From Planktothrix sp. GU0601_MAG3 (GTDB lineage Bacteria > Cyanobacteriota > Cyanobacteriia > Cyanobacteriales > Microcoleaceae), in NCBI GenBank assembly GCA_035193785.1, contig CP136572.1, positions 3,220,578-3,284,577 of the forward strand: a DNA stretch of 64,000 nt, in the 5' to 3' direction. Under the pieces are notes generated by a model, which had not been told where the DNA came from, searched no databases, and saw only the letters and a list, made by a program, of their open reading frames with translations. Positions 24,876 to 37,013 of the stretch are shown here, one piece after another (within the stretch, counting starts at the first letter, position 1; every line of letters begins with the position of its first letter). A program made the position numbers and the translations under genes.

Positions 24876-25400
24876 ATGGTTGGGAATCCTGATTTTTTAA
24901 CCGGGCCAGGAACAGACAGTCCAGAATTTCAAGAACTGGAAACCCCCGAAGGTGAACCCCATCTCCGCTTTTTCGTTCCTTCAAGGAGTGAATTTGCCCT
25001 TCCCGCCATCGGGATTCGGGAGGTACTCTTTCAATCGCCAGACCGCATGACCCCGATTCCTAATGTTTCCCCCCTATTGCTGGGAACCTTCAATCTTAGG
25101 GGTAGAGTGATTTGGGTCGCCGATTTAGGTCAGTTTTTAGGTGATTCAACTCCCCTGAATACGGATCGAACAGAGATCCACGTCATTGCCGTTGAAGATC
25201 AAGACATTATATTAGGATTAGCCGTTGATGAAGTCAATGACATGGCATGGCTTGACCCTGATAAAATGCAAATGCCGACTCAAGTCAGCGATAGTATGAC
25301 TCCCTTTATCAAAGGAGAGTGGCAAGTTGGAACCGAAGGTGGCGTCCTGCGACTTTTAGACCAAATCGCTATTCTGCGCTCGGCTCGTTGGGCAACCTGA
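24876..25400 (+). CDS. cheW: CheW adaptor, PilI/HmpC-type
   Basis: TPIPNVSPLLLGTFNLRGRVIWVADL, GLAVD. Confidence 0.9.
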   Translation: MVGNPDFLTGPGTDSPEFQELETPEGEPHLRFFVPSRSEFALPAIGIREVLFQSPDRMTPIPNVSPLLLGTFNLRGRVIWVADLGQFLGDSTPLNTDRTEIHVIAVEDQDIILGLAVDEVNDMAWLDPDKMQMPTQVSDSMTPFIKGEWQVGTEGGVLRLLDQIAILRSARWAT

Positions 25401-25688
25401 CCTATCACCGGCAGGTTTCGTCCCATAACCGTTGAGGAAATCGACCTATCAATTGATTATAAAACTGCTTAAGCTAAAGCTGTTAACCTGGGAAATAAAA
25501 AACCCCCACCAGAGGTTTTTTCACCCTAGGATTAAACTTTCAATCCCCACTCGCCCAGTCGAGGGCAGGGATTATTAGAAAATCTACTACAGACCGGGTT
25601 ACATCCTTATAATCCGCGTTTCTACATTGAAATCTTAACTATTAAGTACGAGCAAAACTAAACTTGAAAGTCAAAAGGGGAATCGCTC

Positions 25689-28600
25689 ATGGCAACAAGC
25701 ACAGACTTCCTACAAGAGTATCAGCAAACCGAGGAAGCATACTGTCAGGGGAATTACGAACAGGCTGCGGCGCTGGTTTATCAACTGTTGGAAGATTATC
25801 CAGAAGATCCATCGGCCCGTCTTCTCTGTGGTCACATCTATGGCTATGGGTTGCAACAGTATGACGTCGCCCGTGAGCAGTATGAGGCAGTGATCAACTT
25901 GACCCATGACTCGGAATTACTCGAACAAGCCCATCAAGCCTTAGCCGATACGGATCAATATTTACTTGAATCTCCCGTGGGCAGTTTCGATGAGAGTCCC
26001 GATGCCCCAGAAATTTTTAACGCCTTGGTAGATCAAGAAATCGAGGATGAGGAAGTTGATTTAACCCAAGATTTAGACTGGCTCTCAGAGGAAACCAATG
26101 GCACATCCGACCTGCCTGATGTAGACCTAGCCGATACCCATGGACTGAATGGGTCAGCCACCCAAGGAAACCCAGCCGAATTTTAATGATTTGCAGGATG
26201 ATAACTTTGATTTCCAAGACTTAGACGATGCTGACTTGGATTTATCCACTTCCGATCTGAATGGTTCCATCGGTTTAGGGTTCGACAATTCCGAGGATGA
26301 ACCCGATTATATACAGTCCAATGGCGGTCAATCTTCCCCCAGCTTCACCGAAGATAATCCTTTTGCTCCCGGGGGAGACTTAGACGAAGGCACAGAAATT
26401 TTAAACCCCCTAAACCCAGAAAATTCTTTCACTGAATTAGAAGCCGATCCATTTACACTGGAAGAAGATGAACCCCTCTTAGGGCAAAACTTTGCCAGCG
26501 ATGAATCAAACTCCAGTGATCTGGAACAGTTAAGTGGAGATTTATTTTCCTCCGAGGATGAGATCTTAGATTGGCTCGATTCCCCAACCGAAAACCCCCA
26601 ATACGAATCGGATTCAGTCCAATCACCGGAAACTCCAAATGGGTCATCCCCAGATTATTTATATCAACCGACTCAATTCCTAGAATTTGAGAACTTTGAT
26701 GACGATGAATTGGGGGGGGAAAACCCTCTAGGGGCCTATGGATCTCATCCGGCAGAGCAAAGAGAACTTAACGGTGCTAATTATGAGTCCTCTAATGGTA
26801 ACTCTACAGGGGTTAAGGCTTCCTCGAACTTTGAGGCAGAACTTGATGATATTTTTGCCCCTTTAGAAGAGGCAGCCGATTCAGAGCAGGAGTTTGTTAA
26901 TTATCAACCCCCATCCCCAAATGGTTTCGTCTCCGTCAAGGAAACTCCACTGTTTGAGGAAGATGGGTTTGACCCTGATTTGGATTCAGCTTTTGATTTT
27001 TCAGATGAACCCTTCGTTGATGATGCCGATAATTCTGTTCCTTTACCCCCGAACACCCCCAACATGAAGGCTAACTATAAGGTTCTGGATGCTGAAGAAA
27101 GCAACGAAGAAGAAACCCTATTAACCAATAATGCGGTCAATGATCCCTATTTGTCAGATTTTGACGACTCTGGCCCCTCAAGGAGTGTAAATGGTGCCGA
27201 CCGTTCCAATTATGCTGATGTGGATGATAGAGATTATGAACAATCCGATGATCTAGTTTTTGATTCGGCGGACATTCCCAATAGTTTTGATCCAGATTCC
27301 TTGGATGAGGATACCTTTGGAGATTCCTTTGATATCACGATGGAAGGCCACGACACCAATAGCCGTTCTCAAAATGGCCAGGTGGTGGCTCAGACCCCCA
27401 ATGATTTCTTAGAGGATTTTGAAGAATTTGATGATATTGGGGATTTTGGCATCACGGACAGTGGGGATAATGATCTGTACGTTGATTCGGATTTTAGTAG
27501 TGTCGATAGTAAATTTGGTGGTATCACCAACAATAGCACCCTCGACAGTGATAGTTCAGCGATTCAGGATGATGATATTTTTAATACGGCCTACGCTGCA
27601 TCGGCTGTAACCACCCTAACCCCAGACTCAGGGGAAGGGATGGATACAATGGTCATCACGGAGCAGGGGCCATTCTCTTTCTTGGAAAATGCCTCCTTGA
27701 AACGGAAACCCCTGTATATGGCGATGGGGACGGGACTGGTGACCCTGATCTTAGTAGCGACGGCCACTAATATTGCGACTCGTACCGCTTCCTTGAATAA
27801 TAAGTCCGAAGTCGTAGACTATCTGCGAGGCACCGGATGGCTATTGACCACCGTGGCCGGGGCAACGAGTTTTCTGACGACCTGGGGATTAGGTCGGATC
27901 AGTTTCCCAACAAATTGCTAAAGCCACAGAAGATTTACAAGCTCAGTTTGATGCCATTAGTAAGGGTAATTTAGATGCCCGCGCCACGGTTTTTTCCGAG
28001 GATGAGTTTGGGAAAATGTCTTCTAAATTCAACCATGCAGCCCAATTTATCCAGAGTATTACCCGGGAAGCCCAACGCAAGGCGAAGGAACAAGAAGACG
28101 CCAGGGATGATTTACACCGTCAGGTGATTCGGCTCTTAGATGACGTGGAAGGGGCAGCCCGGGGCGATTTAACGGTAACCGCAGAAGTGACGGCCAACGT
28201 TTTAGGTGCGGTGGCGGATTCCTTTAACTTAACTATTCAAAACCTGCGGGAAATTGTGGTGCAGGTGAAACAAGCTGCCCGTCAGGTGAGCAAGGGAGCC
28301 ACCGATAGCGCCACCTTTGCTAAGGATGTGGCCGGGGATGCTTTCCGCCAGGCGGAGGAACTGGCAGCTACCCTGAACTCGGTGCAGGTACTAACCGATG
28401 CCATTCAACGGGTGGCTGAAAGTGCGCGGGAAGCCGAAGAAGTAGCCCGGTCGGCGGCAGCCCTAGCCACCAAGGGCGGGGAAGCGGTACAAATGACCGT
28501 GGCGGGGATTCTGAAAATTCGAGAAACCGTAGCAGAAACTAGCCGAGAAGTCAAGCGTTTGGGGGAATCGTCCCAGGAAATTTCTAAAATTGTGGGGCTA

Positions 28601-29114
28601 ATTTCTCAAATTGCCTCCCGGACTAACTTACTGGCTTTGAACGCTAGTATTGAGGCAGCTAGGGCGGGAGAAGCGGGCAAGGGATTTGCGATTGTTGCCG
28701 ATGAAGTCCGACAGTTGGCAGATAAGTCGGCGAAATCCTTAAAGGATATCGAACAAATCGTCATGCAAATTCAAAGTCAGACGAATACGGTGATGATGGC
28801 GATGTCCCAAGGTCATCAACAGGTGATTGAGGGGACTCGCCTGGCGGAAACAAGCGAAACGCTCCCTAGATGACATTATTCAGGTGACCAACCGGATTGA
28901 CGTTCTCGTCCGTTCGATTACGGCGGATACCGTTGAACAAAACGAAACCGCCCGCGCCGTCGCCCAGGTGATGCGAGCGGTGGAACATAGCGCCCAGGAA
29001 ACGTCCACGGAAGCTCAAAAGGTATCCAGTGCCCTAACTAAACTGGTGGGCGTGGCGCGAGACTTGCTGACATCGGTGGAACGCTTCCGCGTTGATTCCT
29101 CGGAGAAGGGTTAG
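25689..29114 (+). CDS. pilJ: Methyl-accepting chemotaxis protein, PilJ/HmpD-type: N-terminal TPR, long acidic linker, TM helices, HAMP, MA domain (apparent frameshifts at 26167, 27902, 28847)
   Basis: [37 protein letters not shown]. Four ORFs join by single-base removal at GAAAC/GTTTC. Confidence 0.9.
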
Positions 29115-29210
29115 GGAGTAGGGGGAGTAGGGGGAGTAGGGGGAGCAGGGGGAGCAGGGGGAGTAGGGGGAGCAGGGGGAGCAGGGGGAGCAGGGGGAGC
29201 AGGGGGAGGG
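29114..29210. repeat. G-rich 9-mer tandem array (GGGGGAGYA), 9 full copies plus partials
   Basis: Counted from 29121 to 29201. Confidence 0.92.
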
Positions 29211-29220
29211 GTTTTTAATA

Positions 29221-29276
29221 ACTAATAACTGATAACTGATAACTGATAACTGATAACTGATAACTGATAACTGATA
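29221..29276. repeat. Heptamer tandem array (ACTGATA)n abutting the cheA start codon
   Basis: Eight 7-mers; the last A is the A of the ATG at 29276. Confidence 0.92.
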
Positions 29277-32200
29277 TGCAACTTGAACAGCAACAACGGA
29301 TTATGGGCTATTTTATTGAGGAGGCGAAAGACCACCTCAATACAATTGAACAGGGATTACTCAATCTACAAACGACGATTGAAGATCCAGAACTGCTGAA
29401 TGAAGTGTTCCGGGCGGCTCACTCGGTCAAGGGCGGGGCGGCGATGTTGGGACTTAATAGTATTCAACAAACCGCTCACCGTTTAGAAGATAGTTTTAAA
29501 ATCCTGAAGGAAAACCGTCTTCCGAATCAATTTATTGATCAACAATTAGAATCATTATTTTTACAGGTTTTTGATACATTACAAGCCTTAATTGATCAGT
29601 TATCAGGGCCCTATGGCTTAACGGAAGAAGCAGCCAGTGCTATTTTGCAGGATGTTGAGCCAGTTTTTGAAGCCTTAAATTATCACATTAAAGTGGTTCA
29701 ACAACAGGGGACAAAGCGAGTGCCTGAAATGGAAACCGGGGCTACCTCCTCTGTACCCAATCGCCCCATTCCCACTCCGGTTATCTCTAAAGAACCTCCT
29801 AGTAGTGCGAAGGATTTGGTATTTCGCAGTGATGTTCCCGAACGTCTGCGGGAAATGTTGCAACAGTTCAAACAGTCAGAAACTCCACAAACTCGTCAAG
29901 GGTTAATCGAAACCTGTCGGAGTTTATCCCGGGTGGGGGAACTCTTTGATTTGCCCAATTGGGTTAGGTTTATTGAGACCCTAGAAAAAGTGATTGCCAA
30001 TCCTGATAATCACTATCGGATTCTAGCTCCGATTGTGATTAAATCTATTAAAGAAGCCCAAGAACTGGTTTTAGTGAATCGAGAGGAGGAAATTGTTGTA
30101 ACAGAAGGGATCACAAAACTTTTGCCCAAGACGGTTAGCCCTCCAAAAACAGATAAAAAAACCAAATCGTCGTCCCCATCCGTCTCCGCCTCTCAAACAC
30201 CCCCAAGTCAATCTAAACCCCCTAAGACTACGACGGATACAGCCACAAAAACGGGTCAATCCAAACAGGGGAATGGTAAGAAAAACCCCCCGAAAGTGGC
30301 GACACCGAATAACGCTTTCTCCGATGTGAACTGGTCAGATTCAGTGACCAACCCCAGTAATACCGCAGCCCGTTTACAAAACGGCCCAGAAATTACCCCA
30401 GACGAATATAACAGTCTCAGAGATTTATTTGAAGGTTTGGATCAATGGGAGCAGGAGGTGACGGAAGAAGCCCCCACCTCAACTTCCCCGTCCTTGGACA
30501 TCGCCACAGAATCCATGTCGGGGGACTTTTTTGATTTGTTGGAAGACGAAAAACCTGAGTTCAATCAACGGTCAACCTCTGGCTATCCACCCCAAACCCA
30601 GAAGGGAAAAACTAAACAAAAGCCCGGTTTAGTGACTTCTGGAACCGATGATGATCTATTGAGTTTCTTTGATCATCTGAGTGATGGGGACTCCGCCATC
30701 TCAGAAACGGTCACCCCAACCAAACCGACGTCGGTAGGAACCCGACAGCATTACCCGGTAGAGGGTTTTGGGGATTTATTCGATGAGTTGTTAGCGATTA
30801 ATCCCCAAGAGGGGATACCATCGCCGGGTTCGGCCGATCTTTCCCCGACCCAAATTACGGAGTTATTGGAAGATGCGGAAAATTTAGATGATCTATTTGA
30901 CCAGTTTGACCCGAAAATCCAAGCCAGTCAGGAAACGGACAGCAGCACATCGGGCCAGATGAATGTTCAAGAGGATTGGTTTGAAGAACTTTTACAGGGG
31001 GAAACTCGAAGAAGCCACGGATGTGACCGGGGAGGAGCCAAGTCCCACTCAACTCCCCCAGATGTCCCCAAGATTAGAACCTGTAGCGACGGTGCAGCCC
31101 ACCCTAGAACTGCCGGAAGATGATTTTGCGAGTTTGGATGCCTTACTCAATTTGGGAGGGGCAGATAGTCAACCAACGGCCGCGGAAACGACGGTGGAAG
31201 ATGAGGATTTCTTGGATTTGGATCAACTGCTCAATACCCCCGAGGCTGAACCCGTCACGCCTAATCCGCCTAAAAATATTAAGTCTCAGACCGCCCGCAA
31301 AGCTGTAAATAAGGAACCACAAATCTCGGAGGAGGATTCGGAATTTACAGAATTAATCCGATTAATTGAGGATGCTCCCCCTCGATCTCGTTCCACAACT
31401 CCTCCCCGGGGGACGTTTGCTAAACCTATTGCTGAACCGATTGTTAAAGTTCCGGTGAAGCAACTTGATGGTCTGAGCAACTTGATGGGGGAACTGGTGG
31501 TAAACCGGAACAGTTTGGAACAAGACCAAGAACGGATGCGGCAGTTTTTGGATAACTTACTGCATCAGGTTTCTTTGTTAGGGGATGTGGGTCAACGGAT
31601 GCAGGATTTCTATGAGCGATCGCTTTTGGAAATTTCCCTACTGTCCCACCGTCGCAAACCCTTCTGGTTTTCGGACAGTTCCTCGATTCATGATTCCGAT
31701 GATTCCAATAATGATTTAGATTCAACGGAACTGGATCGGTTTACGCCCTTCCATACCCTGTCCCAAGAGATTATTGAGTTAATTGTGCGGGTACGGGAGT
31801 CCAGTGCAGATATTGGATTTTTAGTTGAAGAAGCCGACCAGGTAACCCGGGAGTTGCGACGGATTACAACGGCGTTACAGGAAGGGTTAAATCGCGCCCG
31901 CATGGAACCCTTTGGCAGTGAAGCGGATGCCCTGAAACGTCCTGTGCGAGATATTTCGATTAAATGTGGGAAACAGGCCGAGTTATTTGTGGAGGGTCGG
32001 GATACCTTAATCGACAAAATGTTATTGGGTAAACTCCACGACCCCTTGATTCATTTGGTGAATAATGCTATTACCCACGGGATTGAACCAGCCGATGTTC
32101 GGACGGCGGCGGGGAAATCGGCGGTGGGCCGAATTTCGATTCGGGTATTTCACCAAGGAAACCAAACGATTATTGCGGTTTCCGATGATGGGAGTGGTAT

Positions 32201-33378
32201 TGATGTCAACCGGGTGAAAAATAAGGCGATTCAGAAAGGCATCATTACCGCCGAAGATGCCGAAAGTATGAGTAACCCGGAAATTTATGATCTGTTATTC
32301 TTGCCCAACTTTAGTACGAAGGATGTGGCGGATGAATTCGCGGGTCGTGGGGTGGGGATGGATGTGGTGCGCACCAGTTTAACCGATATTCGGGGCGCGA
32401 TCACGACGGATTCTACCCTGGGACGCGGGACGACGTTTACGATTCGTTTGCCCCTGAATATGAGTATTTCTAGGGCGTTGTGTTGTGTGAGCGATCGGGT
32501 GCGGATTGCTTTCCCGATGGATGGGGTGGAGGATATGATTGATGTTCCTCGGGAACAAATCCGCATCGAGTCCGATGACAGTAGGGTGTTGGAATGGCGG
32601 GGTACAATGTTGCCCCTACGTCATTTGCGGGAACTATTGACCTATCATCGCCATTTGGGTCGGGGGAATGTCTATGGTGCAAATGTTGAAGAAGACATGA
32701 TTTCGGTGATTGTCCTGCGGTCTTCTAGCAGTTATTTGGCGGTGCAGGTGGATCAGGTGTTGATTGAACAGGAAATTGTGATCAAACCCTTAGAAGGCCC
32801 TGTGCCGAAACCGATTGGGATTGCTGGGGCGACGGTGTTAGGGGATGGTCAAATTGTGGCGATCGCCGATGTTCTGGAATTGATTGATTTGGCCATGGGT
32901 CGGATTCGTCGGGATGCTTCGGGCAAGATTTGGCAGATGGGCAGTGCCACGGCTGAACCGCAGGTTTCAGAAGTCGGAGCCGACGGTGTTAATTGTGGAT
33001 GACTCGATTACGGTGCGATCGCTCCTTTCGATTACGTTTGAAAAATCCGGTTATCGTGTGGAAGAAGCCCGGGATGGTAAGGAAGCCTGGGAAAAACTAA
33101 AATCGGGTTTACCCTGCGATATTGTCTTCTGTGATATTGAAATGCCCCGGATGGATGGGTTGGAATTATTATCTCGGATGCAAAAAGATCCGGCGTTAAC
33201 GGATTTACCCATTGCTATGTTGACGTCTCGCGGTGCGGATCGTCACCGTCAAATGGCGTTTAATTTGGGGGCAAAAGGTTACTTCACCAAACCCTATTTG
33301 GAGGAGCAATTATTAGAGGCAGCCGGACGAATGTTACAGGGTGAAGTCGTGGGAAATACGATGGTTGCTGCGGGGTAA
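29276..33378 (+). CDS. cheA: CheA-like hybrid kinase (Hpt, linker, dimerisation, HATPase, CheW, receiver), PilL/HmpE-type (apparent frameshifts at 31001 and 32964)
   Basis: Hpt [43 protein letters not shown]-terminal receiver [11 protein letters not shown]. Confidence 0.92.
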
Positions 33379-33383
33379 TAGTT

Positions 33384-33503
33384 GATCGCGGATTAAACTG
33401 ATTTCACTGATTTCACTGATTTAACTTCATTAACTATTAAAAAGATTTGTTAACAGTTAATGAACCGTAATCCGTGAAATCATCTTAATCGGTTTGATCC
33501 GTG
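33384..33503. repeat. Degenerate inverted element built from 9-mers (ACTGATTTC / ATCCGTGAA) around an internal hairpin
   Basis: CGGATTAAACTGATTTCACTGATTTCACTGATTT on the left, TTCATTAAC...GTTAATGAA hairpin, AATCCGTGAAATC on the right; related to 36316-36471. Confidence 0.55.
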
Positions 33504-34709
33504 TTCTGGTGTTAATTTTAATGGAAATAAATGTTGTAATTTTTGTTGACGTTGTTGTTCAGATTCTTCTGACCAATTCCATAAACTTTCATAGAAAAAG
33601 AAAGATACCCCAGCAAAGTTGTGTTTGCGGATTTCTGCTATTTGTTTTTCTATAATATTCATCGGAGTTGAACGATTTTTTAAGCCGCTTAGAATTCCAA
33701 TAGCTACGGGAATATGATTTTTTGCTAAGGTAACTTCTGAACGTTCTAACTCCGTGATAAATCGGTTTAAATCAGAACGATAAATTTGTAAAACCAGTTC
33801 TTCTATCCATCCTTTTTGTTCCCAAGTAAACCAATCTTGTAGGTAAGCGGGTAGGGAAAAATGTAAGGGATTTGGGGATAAAGATACAATACATTTGGGT
33901 TTAACTGATTTGATGGTTTCAAAGGTTTTTTTCATCAATTGATTGATTTTATCGGCTCTCCATCTGACCCAATAGGTTTCATAAAAGTCAGGAGAAGGCG
34001 ATTGTCCGTTATGCTCTTTTTGATATAATTTAATAGTATAATCATCGTAGCCAAATTCCGCAGGTAAACCGAAATGATCATCAAATTGAATCCCATCAAT
34101 ATTATAATTTTTCACGATTTCAGTAATTAAATCTAACATAAATTGTTGCACTTCAGGATGGAAAGGATTTAACCAAACCCGTTCTTCAACTCCTTCTTTT
34201 TTAATCGCACTACCGTCTTGTTTTCGAGTGAGCCAATTCGGATGTTTTTTAACTAATTCTGAACCAGCAGGAGCCATAAACCCAAATTCAAACCAAGGAA
34301 TAATGGTAAAATTCTGTTGATGTCCTTGAGTTACGATTTCCTGTAAAACATCTCTTTTTTCTAATCCCGGGTTAGGATCAATTGGAACTCCAAACACTCT
34401 TTGAGCAACGGAACTGGGATATAAAGTATAACCTCCTTGCCAAATAGTCGGATATAGGGTATTAAAATTTAGGGATTTTAAGCGTTGTAATCCAGAGGTT
34501 AAATGCTGGGGAGAATATAAAATATCACTATCAACATTAGTTAACCAAACTCCCCTAATTTCTGGGGAATGGGGTAAACTCTGACTCCAAGATTGTTGAA
34601 AATTAATGAGCAAAAATATGGCGATCGCTAGAAAAGAATAAACGGAAAATTTGAAAAAAATTCTGTTGAAAAAAAGTTTGACCGAATTTTGAAAATATTT
34701 AAAAAACAT
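33480..34709 (-). CDS. GH10-like glycoside hydrolase (UPF0748/YddW, DUF187)
   Basis: EIRGVWLTN, IPWFEFGF, WLNPFHPEVQ, DGIQFDDHF. Confidence 0.88.
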   Translation of the reverse strand: MFFKYFQNSVKLFFNRIFFKFSVYSFLAIAIFLLINFQQSWSQSLPHSPEIRGVWLTNVDSDILYSPQHLTSGLQRLKSLNFNTLYPTIWQGGYTLYPSSVAQRVFGVPIDPNPGLEKRDVLQEIVTQGHQQNFTIIPWFEFGFMAPAGSELVKKHPNWLTRKQDGSAIKKEGVEERVWLNPFHPEVQQFMLDLITEIVKNYNIDGIQFDDHFGLPAEFGYDDYTIKLYQKEHNGQSPSPDFYETYWVRWRADKINQLMKKTFETIKSVKPKCIVSLSPNPLHFSLPAYLQDWFTWEQKGWIEELVLQIYRSDLNRFITELERSEVTLAKNHIPVAIGILSGLKNRSTPMNIIEKQIAEIRKHNFAGVSFFFYESLWNWSEESEQQRQQKLQHLFPLKLTPEHGSNRLR

Positions 34710-34809
34710 GAATAAATAGAAAATTGATCACAAAAAATTTTACAAGTTGTTCAAGTTATGAGATATATAAGGATCAAGCTAATCTTAACCGAGAACCGAG
34801 GTTAATTAT

Positions 34810-36245
34810 ATGAATGAATTCCAAGCCCACCGTATTCGAGAAAATAATAGCACAAATATTGTATTTAATCTGTTAAACTCTAGTCCTTCTTTTTATAATC
34901 AACCTGAAGTTACCATCAGCTTTAACCCAAAGGTCGAAATTCTCTCGCCCATTCCCCAAGGTAGGGAAGACACTCAAACAACTTCAGGGAGTGGTAATAT
35001 TCTTGAACCTCCTACCCCGGTTATTCCCCAACCTCAACCCCCCGTAACTCCTCCGGTTTCCCACCCTTCCCCCTTCACCTCCCCCCACGCCCACAACACC
35101 ACCGACACCAACAACCCCAACTCCTACCCCGACAACTCCCACCCCGACAACTCCTACCCCGACAACTTCCACCCCGACAACTCCTACCCCGACAACTCCC
35201 ACCCCGACAACTCCCACCCCGACAACTCCCACCCCGACAACTCCTACCCCCACCCCAATCACAACATCTTTAGTTCAGGGAAGCGAGGGGAATGATACCT
35301 TGTTAGGAACCGAGAGACAAGATTTAGTCGCTGGTTTAGGGGGAGATGACCTAATTTCAGGATTTCAGGGGGATGATTCCCTAAATGGGAATGCAGGTAA
35401 TGATATTCTCTATGGCGGTCAAAATAACGATACCCTGGTGGGAGAAGGGGGAAATGACCTGCTACAAGGAAATAAAGGGGATGATTTAATCAATGGAGGG
35501 GCGGATAACGATAGCCTCTATGGGGGAATTAATAATGATACTCTCTTAGGTGAGGATGGTCGAGATCTGCTTTTCGGTGATAACAGTGATGATAGTATGA
35601 ATGGGGGACTGCGTAGCGATACCCTTTATGGCGGAGAAGATAATGATACCCTGCTCGGAGCAGAGGATGATGATTTTATCTATGGTGGTCAGGGGGAAGA
35701 TTCCCTTGTCGGGGGTCTAGGGAATGATTTTCTGCGGGGGGATAAGCAAAATGATCGGGTCAATGGCGGTAAAGGTGATGATAGCCTTTATGGAGGTCTA
35801 GGGAATGATACCCTGATTGGTGGTGCTGGCAATGATTTCGTGAGTGGTGATAAGGGAAATGATGTTCTGATTGGTGTTGACCCCAATTCTCAACCGGCGG
35901 GATTTGTGGAAATTGATACTTTAATCGGCGGAGTGGGGAATGATACCTTTGTTTTAGGAGATGGAACCCAAACCTATTATGTTAATGGGGCGGGAAGTAT
36001 CATTGGCTTTGTGGATTATGCCTTAATTCTTAATTTTAATCCCACCGAAGATGTGATCCTTTTGGGCCCTGGTAATTATTTACCCGCCGCCTCCCCGGAA
36101 AATTTACCCCAAGGAAACAGCAATCTATTTATTAACTGGAGAACAGACAGAATTGATTGCCATTCTTGATGGTATCACTGACTTTAAATTTGATACGAAT
36201 ATTGGTCAACCGGGTAGTCCGATTCAATTTGCGGGAGGAAGTTAA
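34810..36245 (+). CDS. RTX-type calcium-binding protein with Pro/Thr-rich (PTTPT)n linker (apparent frameshifts at 35056 and 36114)
   Basis: Many GGxGxD nonapeptides; 15-bp repeat CCGACAACTCCYACC; C-terminus DTFVLGD...DYALILNFNP...LIAILDG after repair. Confidence 0.85.
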
Positions 36246-36246
36246 T

Positions 36247-36300
36247 CAGTTATCAGTCATCAGTTAACAGTTAACAGTTAAGAGTTAACAGTTTTCAGTC
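36247..36300. repeat. Heptamer tandem array (CAGTTAA/CAGTTAT)
   Basis: Directly visible. Confidence 0.85.
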
Positions 36301-36315
36301 TATTCCCCATTACCT

Positions 36316-36471
36316 ATCACGGATTTAATAGGATTACGCAGATTAACACAGATTAAAATCCGTGAAATTCGTGAAATCCTCTTAAATCCGCATCACTGAT
36401 TAAACGGATTACGCAGATTAACACAGATTAAAATCCGTGAAATCCGTGAAATCCTCTTAAATCCGTGATCA
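36316..36471. repeat. Direct duplication of a ~65-bp unit GGATTACGCAGATTAACACAGATTAAAATCCGTGAAATYCGTGAAATCCTCTTAAATCCG
   Basis: Copies start at 36331 and 36406; outer ends ATCACGGATTTAA and TTAAATCCGTGAT are inverted. Confidence 0.85.
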
Positions 36472-36499
36472 CTATTTCCCATTTCCTATATCTAAAAAT

Positions 36500-36982
36500 A
36501 TGAAGTTTACCCCCGTTGCGATCGCATTGGGGAGTAATTTGGGAGACTCTAAAACAACAGTTAAAACCGCGTTAGGTCTCCTAAATCAGCATCCCCAGAT
36601 CGAAGTAAAATCCTGTTCGAGTTGGTATCAAACTGCTCCGGTTGGCCCTCCACAGCCGGATTATATTAATGGTTGTGCTATTCTGGAAGTTCAACTCAAA
36701 CCTGATAGTCTTTTAGAAATACTATTGGCGATTGAAAGCCAACTGGGACGAGTCAGACGAGAACATTGGGGGCCAAGAACCCTTGACCTAGATTTACTTT
36801 TGTTTGATAATTTAATCTGGGAAACATCAACTTTACAAATTCCCCATCCCCGGATGAGAGAACGGGCATTTGTATTAATTCCTCTGGCGGAAATCGCCCC
36901 GAATTGGGTTGATCCTGTGACGCAAAAAACTATGCTTCAACTTTTGGAAACCGTTGATTGTTCAGGAATTCAAAGACTTTAA
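36500..36982 (+). CDS. folK: 2-amino-4-hydroxy-6-hydroxymethyldihydropteridine diphosphokinase
   Basis: IALGSNLGD, QPDYINGC, WGPRTLDLDLL, IPHPRMRERAFVL. Confidence 0.95.
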   Translation: MKFTPVAIALGSNLGDSKTTVKTALGLLNQHPQIEVKSCSSWYQTAPVGPPQPDYINGCAILEVQLKPDSLLEILLAIESQLGRVRREHWGPRTLDLDLLLFDNLIWETSTLQIPHPRMRERAFVLIPLAEIAPNWVDPVTQKTMLQLLETVDCSGIQRL

Positions 36983-37013
36983 TTTTTTTAACCCTAATTA
37001 CTCTTAAAATATT

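Noticed and set aside
34984..35262. Gly/Val-rich minus-strand ORF
   Set aside because: Antisense shadow of the PTTPT repeat in the RTX gene.
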